Source: Enoplolaimus lenunculus (taxonomy: Eukaryota). Taken from it: 64,000 nucleotides of DNA. The notes under the pieces are model-generated. The model saw only the letters and a list, made by a program, of their open reading frames with translations. It did not search any database and had not been told where the DNA came from. The DNA lies in contig JASANG010003005.1 in NCBI GenBank assembly GCA_030248215.1, positions 186,001 through 250,000 on the forward strand, written 5' to 3'. Position numbers and translations under genes: made by a program. Shown here in pieces: positions 54,808-64,000 of this stretch (positions are counted from its first letter, which is position 1; every line of letters starts with the position of its first letter).

Positions 54808-55893
54808 AGCGCATTTAGTCAAGGTATTTAGTCTGAATATATTTGTGTGCATTTGCATAATAATTTAAGACGTTCATTTGGTTTTGTGTGACCAGCCAGC
54901 TTTAATTTTAATTCCATGGTTCAGATTGTTTTATTTATATTTATTGTATAAACGATGTTGAATGTTGTATGATGCGGTTTACTGTCAATGCAGAATTAAG
55001 TACCCGTTTGCGTCTACTGCGTATGCCGGCACGACTTTATTATCCAGTGTGAATATTATTATGCTCGCCATTCGGGCGCCAGTATTTGAAAACGAACGCG
55101 TCACAACTGAAGCTGCAATTATGCTCCGGGGTTATCGCGAGCTGTTCAAAACGCGTTTGCGAAAACGGTTGTGTTTAAGGTACGAGCAATCGTGACAAGA
55201 GTCGTGCTTTACAACGCAATGTTGATCGAACTTATTTCTATGGTCGGCATCCTAAACTGGATCAAAATGTAATTTGTCTTTTTTGTGTCGCTGACTCTCT
55301 TACCAACCTATAACTCAGTAGTAGGTTAATGTATGTTTTACTTGGTGCGTGCTTGCCAGTGAAATTGTGGAGTAAAAAGGGCGACAACCCTTCAGTAACC
55401 TCCAAAATAATGGGTTGACAAATTCATTAGAATAATTTTCTGTTTTTTTTTTTGCAAATTATTCTCGAATGATTTCTGTTTAATTCGGTCATCTTGTAAC
55501 TTATGTTTTAGTTTATAGAATGTGTTTTTAGTCATATTTTGTAATTATTTCTTACACATTGAATCTGATTTACGGTAATAATCTGCCAGTACATCTCTAG
55601 TCATGTGTTATGTGCAATATATAATATACATTCTTGTAATAATCGTGCAATTTCTCGTTCATATTATGCATTCCAGTCTTTATTTCGGGTTCTTTCTTGC
55701 AGCAAACACTGCAACACAACAGACTCAGTTTGAAAATGTTTATTTTACGTTTGATATGAACGTTTATGGAAAATTTAGGCTCACTTTTCAGCTGGTATAC
55801 AAATCTACGGTGTAAATCAGCTACAGTAGTTGAAATCTACTTTAAAGTGTGATTTTTGTTTGGGTTAACCAGTTTTTTTTTGTAAGCTGGACC

Positions 55894-56094
55894 CGGGCCC
55901 GTAGCCAAGGGGGCCAGGGGGAGGCTCAGCGCCTCCCCCCTGGAAAAAGTTTGGCCTCCACTAGAAGATTTTCTGGAAAAAGTTTGGCCTCCACTAGAAG
56001 ATTTTCAACCTTGCTTGTAAGTCACTGTAAACCTTTAAATGTCCCTCCTGAAAAGTTATAGCCCCCCTAGCAATGTTGTCTGGCTACGGGCCTG
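55894..56094. mobile_element. hAT MITE family G; second copy 3800-3954
   Basis: TIRs cgggcccgtagcca / tggctacgggcctg; perfect TSD gctggacc. Confidence 0.88.
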
Positions 56095-56683
56095 GCTGGA
56101 CCAGAAGATTAGGCATTGGTACACGTTGTGTCCACAGCTTTCTCGAAATTTTCAAATTTTTGGCATACGTAAGTTAAACGTTGGCATAGGCTGAAGCTTG
56201 TGTAAGCAACTGCGTACGTGACGAAAATTGGTTATTACAAATTAGATTGGGCATCCATGGATGCCGGTGGCAAATGAACCGCCATTCCATGCTTAATATC
56301 ACTGTGATGATTTTGCTCTATTCAGTGATTGCATTGTTTGAATGTATGCCATTTCTGAAATTGTATGTTTCATTTGACACGTTCCAGTATATACCGTTTA
56401 TTGTATTTTAGATTCTTATTTTACTAGATGATCTCTTTGTTTGTAGAAGAATTTATGGCTCTTGTAGACTTTGGCTCCACAAGTTTAGGGTCTGACTTAG
56501 GTTTCAAAAATGGTTTTGCGTTTACCCTTAAGTCTAAGTCTTTAGCTAAAGTGACTAACCATGAAACGAGTCAACCTTAAATGTGGAAGGATAAGTGTGT
56601 ACAACAGCTGATTTTGTATAAGTGCATAATTCGCAAATATGGTGATTATTGCATAGTCAGCTACCACGAATACTATAACCTAA

Positions 56684-56906
56684 GCCCGCATTCTCAAATG
56701 TGTTTAGCACCTATCACCAATTGGTGATAGGTCCTTATAACTTTGGAACCAGCGTATGGTGAGGTTCGAGATTCAACACATTGCTCACGTTTGATTTGCC
56801 CTACTTCTGTACCAATTTTGACGTTCTGCAACTGCAGATGATTGTCAGTTTGAAAACGTATCGCTAACTGATGATAGGTGCTATACGCATTTGAGAATAT
56901 GGGCCC
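56684..56906. mobile_element. Harbinger-like MITE; second copy ~43036-43258
   Basis: TIRs gcccgcattctcaaatg / catttgagaatatgggc; shared cacctatcacc...gatagg hairpin. Confidence 0.7.
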
Positions 56907-59211
56907 TGATGTTTAATGATTTGTAAAACACGTAGCTTACGTTAATTTTAAAGGCACTTTTTTACTTCCCTCGGCAAAGGAAAATTCCCTCTCCCAACAC
57001 TGAAAAATTTTCTTTAATTGGCTTTGGGGAGGGGCTGTAGCCCCTGTGAACCCGGCAAGTTCATGGGACCCGTTAGCAAGATGGGGCTGGCGCCCGCAAA
57101 CCCCCTACACTAAGCACTTTGTTATTGAAAAAAAAATAAAATTTCTAGAAAAATACATTTAAACTGGGTTTTGGTGTCTAGTATGAGGACCGCCTTGTAC
57201 GAGGGGGACTTGGGGGTGGCACCTTACCGTTCTGTTAGATCCTATAACACTGATGAGTTCAAGGGCGAAGTCCCTATGAATAGTACCCAAAGTACTCCTG
57301 CCATGCTTATCTTCCATAACAATATAAAATTCGCTGGTGGTGTTTGAATAAGACGGACGGCTTGGCGTTGGTTAAAATTTATCGTTCAGGTGTACAGTAA
57401 TATGTTGAAGCGTAGGTTAAGTTGAATGCCTGCAGCCAAGCCGTTTCCTTCAATTGGTTTTCCTCTATCAAACCAGGCACGTTGCGTTGCCAGCGGTCTT
57501 GTTTACCAGTCAAACGAAGGTACGTTTGATGCCCGTTGTGAACATTTACGCCGTTTGTGTAATTCACTCATCCGTGGAGCGAACTCAACAGCAGATGCCT
57601 GGTCGTAATTAAACTGAACGTGAATTTGGACGCAAATTATACTCGGCTTCGAAAAACGGTAGTGAACCGAGGAATTAATATGTCAAAGTTCTGCCGGAAT
57701 TTTGTGTTCCGGCTGCAATTCTTGCAAAAATTTAATTGCTGACCGGATACGACGACGGAAATGGATATCCGGTTGCACCATGTTAAACACACTAACACAG
57801 TAGCGATACCTAATGTTGCTGTTCATTGTTGCGGCGTTCAAAGACGCAGGGATCGGAATTTTTAAGGTTTTGTGGCAAATTATAGACCACAAGCTTAGAG
57901 ATGAGAATGTATGTCTCAAAAATGTGGCTGAAATTCAGATTCGTTTCGCAACTTGTATTTCGTCAGCTTTCTTCCTCGTGGTTTAAAGTATTCGACGCAT
58001 GTTTTTGTATAACTTGGAAAACTGAGTCATGAAAACGCAAAGTGATTCGTTGGTGCAATATATTTGCAATTCCGTAGTCTGGTTCCTGTTCCGGTGAAAA
58101 ATGAATTCCTGTTCCTGTTTCGGGTGAAATATAGTTCCTGTTGAAATCTTGGAATATATATATTTTCAGTGAGAAATGTTATCCTGGTATTGTGGTACAT
58201 TATGCACTGAACCTAAAACCAAAACGAACTCGAAAGATGCAAAGTCTGAAATAAATTGACCGTATTTGTTAAAATTTTGAATTTCGTAAGCTTACCTGTC
58301 TGTCCTGTGTCCATGTAAAAGAATTCGTGGGCCTTAGACACCGAAATTGCCGGAACCTCCGGCAAAATATTTACCGGAGCCGGAGGGCGATTTTTGCCGG
58401 AGCCGGATGCAGAGCTCCGGTTGTACCCTGTTGCGTACCGTAAATGAGTTATGTTCGATTCTGTATTAAGAATAAGCACGGGCTTCAGGTCTCGCTATCC
58501 ACGGCTCTAGTGTTTGCCTAAAAATGCTTCCATTTTCAAAATTTTTGCATATTTGGTGTTCTCAACTCGTTTCCTGAGCATTCATTTTTCAAATTGACTT
58601 TTTAAAAAATTGGCATTTTTGAGATCACAACCCTTTCTTTTGGGCCTGAAATTTTTTTGCCAAAAGCCACAAAAAATTGCACATCATTAGACGCAATTTG
58701 CCAAGCTGAGTTGGACGATACTAATTTTTTTCATTCTCCGACAATTAGTTTATGAGTTAATGTATTTTGTTTTCAATTACACGTCCCACCGGGCAACGTG
58801 TCTGTATAAACAGCAAGGCCAATGTTACTTTACCGGGCATAACAGTAGATTAAGGATATTCTTAAACCTAAGCGATGCAAAAATGTGTTTCTAAGCGTAA
58901 GCCTAAACAAAAAAATGTAATCTAGAATTTAAACCCACTCTTTTATAGACCCACCAGAAATCACACGGCTTCGCGTATACGTTAGTCCCACGGGTGGGTT
59001 CACCCTAGGAGGTTTGCTTACCGGTAAAACTTTCCATGAGCATATCCACCGCAATATAAATATCAAGTTCAAAGTTATGTATTCAATAATTATAGTTTGC
59101 GTTTGACAGATATGTCCGTTCAAAATTGATCGTAAGCCAGGAAGTTATGGTTGACAAATTGCGCAATTATTAGAATGGTTTGCTTTAGTTCGTGGATTCG
59201 AAAGATAAGTA

Positions 59212-59642
59212 CTATAGTGACCCGAATAAGAGGGGGGATTGATATTTATTTGGCCTTTCTAGAGGGTGCCACCTCCCTGTTATTCGGTTACGGACTGTTA
59301 TTTATTTTTAGCCTGCCCTTCGCCGCCCTTCGTTACTGACATATATCTGGTATTGCAACTGTCCGTTAAATTAAACGTTTATTGGTCTTGAATCAAAAAC
59401 TTGACCAGTGCAAGGTTATACCTAGGAATGTACCTTCAAAACTTAAGTACGCTTTAAGCTTTCGAACTCAACTTTATTTGGACCTGGAGTCATTTATGCG
59501 CTATAATTAGAGATAATTTACGTTTATGGACTCTAATTAGGGTTTAGGGACTCTATCCGTTTACGGACTCTTATTAGGGAGACGGACTCCTATTGATTGG
59601 GACTCAAAATGGGGACACCTCTCTTTATTCGGGTCACTACAG
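59212..59642. mobile_element. TA-flanked Tc1/mariner-pogo-like MITE; inverted copy ~44850-45278
   Basis: TIR ct(a/g)tagtgacccgaataagag; TA on both flanks. Confidence 0.8.
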
Positions 59643-59801
59643 TATGTGGTACTTTTTTAAATTATTTTTGGTACGTTTGCCTATTTTGTTGATCTGTGCA
59701 CAAAATATTAATAAATATTTGTCATTATCGTCATGAGCATCGTAGACTTTCGGTAGCATGAGTTATCTTGATTGTATAATCCTGTTTCCCCTTCAGCTAT
59801 T

Positions 59802-61547
59802 AACCAGTCGTAGCGGGACTACATTTATTGAGCGAAGCTCGAACACACGTAAGCAATTAAGGTAATATGCAAATTAGTTGTTAGCTAACTATTCGTTTGT
59901 CGGTTTTTAAGGTTTGTAAACAATTTCCTTAGATTCCTCGCACACAAAAACCCTTCAGCCACCCTAATAATTTTTGGAATAATTTAGAAAGTCCTAATTT
60001 TGTCTTGTTACTTAAGCTAATATGCAAATTACCTATTAGCTAACTATTCAATTATCGGTTTTGGATGTTTGTAAACTATTTATTCAAATTCCTCTCACCT
60101 AAAAACCCTTTAGTGCTGAAATTATATTGCTTTTAACCTTAATAATTAGCGAAATATTGTAAAAAGTCCTGATTTAGGCTTATAAACTATGCTAATATGC
60201 AAATTATCTATTACCTAGCTTCTCAAGTATCGGTTTTGGAGGTTTGTAAACAGTCTACTCAGATTTCTCGCACCCAAAACCTTTTAATGCTAAAATTAGA
60301 TTGCTTCTAACTGTAATAATTAGTGAAATATTGTGGAAAGTCCTAATTTAGGCTTAATTAATTATTGAGCGAAGCGAAACTCCGAGCGAAGCTCGGAGTT
60401 TCGCGAAGCGTTTTATGTTTTGTACTTGGGGGTCGAAAGGTGGATGTCCGTCTGTCCGTCCGAAAAGAATCTCAGGAACGGATGAACCGATTTTAATAAA
60501 CTTTTTTTTTGTTTGAAAGCCAATCATATTGGGGTGTTAACCTCGCATTGAGGTTTTAAAATTTTGAGCTGTTTATTAGCTACAGGCTAATTTGCATAAT
60601 TAATTAAGCCTAAATTGGGACTTTCCCCAATATTTCACTAATTATTACAGTTAGAAGCAATCTAATTTTAGCATTAAAGGGTGTTTGGGTGCGAGGAATC
60701 TGCGTAGACTGTTTACAAACCTCCAAATCCGATAATTGAGCAGTTAGCTAATAGATAATTTGCATATTAGCATAGTTTATAAGCCTAAATTAGGACTTTT
60801 TACAATATTTCACTAATTATTAAGGTTATTAAGGTTAAAAGCAATACAATTTCAGCACTAAAGGGTTTTTGGTGCGAGGAATTTGAATAAATAGTTTACA
60901 AACATCCCAAACCGATAACTGAATAGTTAGCTAACAGTTAATTTGCATATTAGCTTAATTGACAAGACAAAACTAGGACTTTTTAAATTATTTCAATAAT
61001 TGTTACGGTTTACTGAAGGTTTTTGGGTGCGAAGAATCTGAATAAATTGTTGACAAACCTCCAAAACCGATAATTGAATAGTTAGCTAATATCTAATTTG
61101 CATATTAGCTTAATTGACAAAACAAAATTAGGGCTTTTTAAATTATTCCAAAAATTATTAGAGTGACTGAAGGGTTTTTGGGTGCGAGGAATCTAAGGAA
61201 ATTGCTTACAAACCTCCAAAACCGACAAACGAATAGTTAGCTAACAACTAATTTGCATATTACCTTAATTGCTTACGTGCGTTCGAGCTTCGCTCAATAA
61301 ATGTAGTCCCACTACGACAGGTGCAAATTAGCCTGTAGCTAAATAAACGGCTTAAAATTTTAAAACCCCAATGCGAGGTTAACACCACAGGATAATTGGC
61401 TTTCAAACAAAAAAAGTTTATTAAAATCGGTTGAGCCGTTCCTGAGATTCTTTTCGGACGGACATCCACGTTTCGACCCCCAAGTGCAAAACATAAAACG
61501 CTTCGCGAAACTCCGAGCTTCGCTCGAAGTTTCGATTCGCTCAAAAA
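59802..61547 (-). mobile_element. HINE copy interrupted by an inverted copy of the same family
   Basis: Colinear with 5694-6479 once 60362-61321 is removed. Confidence 0.85.
60362..61321 (+). mobile_element. Nested HINE copy (degenerate copies at ~44304-44850 and ~17780-17900)
   Basis: Both subTIRs and the 3' hairpin are present; no TSD. Confidence 0.85.
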
Positions 61548-62194
61548 CGAAGATCTACAAGTGTGAGTCCCTGTATAAATTCATTAACAGCCGTTTAAGC
61601 GATTGCAGAGTCAGTTTTGTTATCAGTGTGACACCACAGGAGAAAAATACCGGAGCTGGAGGTGAGGCAAAATTAGGTAGTAAAAATGATGGTCAATAGT
61701 TAAATTTAGCCAATATCTACAAGATGTTAAGTTGGGCCCATGTTACTTTAAGGGGCGTCCAGATTTCTATTGGGTCTGTAAAAAAAGTAGGTTTAGGTTC
61801 GGATTACATTTTTTGTTAGGCTTACGAACACTTTTTTGCAACGCTTTAGGCTTAGAGATACGCTTAATCGCTTAATCTACTGTTACGCCCCTTTAGTAAC
61901 ATTGGTGACTACAGTACGCATGTTTAAGGGTTCTGAAATTGATAGAAGTGTTTACCATTGAACTGTAGTTTATGTGTGCACTTTTCATAATTAATAATGT
62001 AAATTTATTGGAAACCCAGCATTGCCTTACTGGTCTATTGACTATAAGTATTACAGATCCAGTTTTTATGGGAACAAAGTAAACATTAAGTGGCCAATGT
62101 ATAGCACAGGGGCTTCCAGTTTTCCACGGTGGAAAACTTACAACCAGGAGTGCAGCGCAGCCACTCCTGTATGACGGCTAAATTTTCCACTGAT

Positions 62195-64000
62195 TTGGTA
62201 GGAAAATTAAAAAAATTTAATGCCTAGATTTTACCTTGGGTTGGTAGGGAAATCTGAAGCAAAGGTTTTGGTTGGAAAACGGGAAAAGTGGAAAATTCTA
62301 ATGCCTAGATTTTCCCCTGGGTTGGTAGGGAAAATCCGAAGCATAGGTGTTGGTTGGAAAACGGGAAAAGTGTAAAATTCTAATGCCTACATTTTTCCCC
62401 TGGGTTGGTAGGAAACTCAGAAGCGTAGGTTTTGGTTGGAAAACGGGAAAAGTGGAAAATTGAAATGCCTAGATATTTTCTTGGTTAGTAAGAAATATCT
62501 GAAGCAAAGGTTTTGGTTGAAAAGCGGGAAAAGTGGAAAATTCAATCGTAAGGCATATGTTTTGGTTGGAAAACGGGAAAAGTGTAAAATTTTAATGCCT
62601 AGATTTTTACGCTGGGTTGGTAGGGAAATCTGAAGCATTAGGTTTTGGTTGGAAAACGGGGAAAGTGGAAAATTCTAATGCCTAGTATTTAATTCTGGAT
62701 TGGTAGGGAAAATCTGAAGCACAGGTTTTGGTTGGAAAACAGGAAAAGTGGAATATTCTAATGCCTAGATTTTTACCCTGGGTTGGTAGGGAAAATTTGA
62801 AGCATAGGTTTTGGTTGGAAAACAGGAAAAGTGGAAAATTGAAATGCCTAGATACTTTTTTGGTTAGTAAGAGAAATCTAAAGCGATGGTTGGAAAACGG
62901 GAAAAGTGGAAAAGTGGAAAATTCAAGCGTAGGGCATAGGTTTTGGTTGGAAAACGGGAAAAGTGGAAAATTCTAATGCCTAGAGTTTTCCCCTGGTTGG
63001 TAAGGAAAATCTGAAGCATAGGTTTTGGTTGGAAAACGGGAAAAGTGGAAAATTCTAATGCCTGGATTTTTTCGCTGGGTTGGTAGGGAAAATCTGAAGC
63101 ATACGTTTTGATTGGAAAACGGGAAAAGTGGAAAATTCCAATGCCTAGATTTTTATCCTGGGTTGGTAGGGAAAACCTGAAGCAAAGGTTTCAGTTGGAA
63201 AACGGGAAAAGTGGAAAATTCTAATGCCTAGATTTTTTCGCTGGGTTGGTAGGGAAAACCTGAAGCAAAGGTTTCGGTTGGAAAACGGGAAAACTGGAAA
63301 ATTCAAGCGTAAGGCATAGGTTTTGATTGGAAAACAGGAAAAGTGGAAAATTTTAATGCTTAGATTTACCCTGGCTTGGTAGGGAAAATCTGAAGTATAG
63401 ATTTTGGTTGGAAAACGGGAAAAGTGGAAAATTTAAAGGCCTAGATTTACCTTAGGTTGGTAGGGAAAATATGAAGCATAGGTTTTGGTTGGAAAATGGG
63501 AAAAGTGGAAAATTCAAAGGTCTAGATTTACCTTAGGTTGGTAGGGAAAGTCTGAAGCATAAGTTTTGGTTGGAAAACGGGAAAGTGGAAAATTTAAAGG
63601 CCTAGATTTACCTTCGGTTGGTAGGGAAAATCTGAAGCATAGGTTTTGGTTGGAAAATGGGAAAAGTGGAAAATTTAAAGACCTAGATTTACCTTAGGTT
63701 GGTAGGGAATATATGAAGCATAGGTTTTGGTTGGAAAATGGAAAAGTGGAAAATTTAAAGGCCTAGATTTACCTTAGGTTGGTAGGGAAAATCTGAAGCA
63801 TAGGTTTTGGTTGGAAAACGGGAAAAGTGGAAAATTTAAAGGCCTAGATTTACCTTCGGTTGGTAGGGAAAATCTGAAGCATAGGTAGGTTTTGGTTGGA
63901 AAATGGGAAAAGTAGAAAATTTAAAGACCTAGATTTACCTTAGGTTGGAAGGGAATATATGAAGCATAGGTTTTGGTTGGAAAATGGGAAAAGTGGAAAA
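62195..64000. repeat. G/A-rich satellite, ~81-84-bp unit, runs off the window end
   Basis: ggttggtagggaaaatctgaagcataggttttggttggaaaacgggaaaagtggaaaatt... repeated about 20 times or more. Confidence 0.95.

Noticed and set aside
57222..57275. Hammerhead-ribozyme-like core (TTC, hairpin tgtta/taaca, CTGATGA, short stem, CGAAG)
   Set aside because: GAAA is GAAG, stem II is weak (G-U pairs) and stem III does not pair with the bases before the NUH. At best a decayed remnant.
62195..64000. Terminal array as a telomere
   Set aside because: The unit is ~81-84 bp, not a tandem hexamer; nothing shows a chromosome end.

Overview
This is eukaryotic, AT-rich DNA, very probably from a nematode (TTTTCAG acceptors, TTAGGC repeats, a C. 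elegans-like SAD-1 sequence). One large + strand gene dominates the window: a sad-1/BRSK (AMPK-related) Ser/Thr kinase. I reconstructed it by hand into 20 coding exons (14460/14472..54807), all with GT-AG boundaries and consistent phases. It encodes kinase, UBA, AIS and KA1 regions, then alternative C-termini, including a ~605-aa Q/N/G/S-rich tail (about 1.1k vs 1.7k aa isoforms). The 5' exons of a possible divergent minus-strand gene lie at ~12.6-12.7 kb and ~3.2-3.5 kb. Introns and flanks are packed with non-autonomous elements: hAT MITEs with 8-bp TSDs, Merlin-like MITEs carrying TTAGGC repeats, PIF/Harbinger and TA-flanked MITEs, mini-Helitrons, Helentron/HINE elements, a Ginger-like insert, a tRNA-derived SINE and tandem arrays. 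The most notable observations are a perfect 80-nt inverted repeat bracketing the frame-preserving exon 5-11 block (candidate stop-free 717-nt circRNA), a tandemly duplicated 33-nt stop-containing micro-exon just after the kinase domain, and three candidate C-termini. No autonomous transposase, rRNA, intact tRNA or CRISPR array was seen. All family assignments are by eye and recall; no database search was run.
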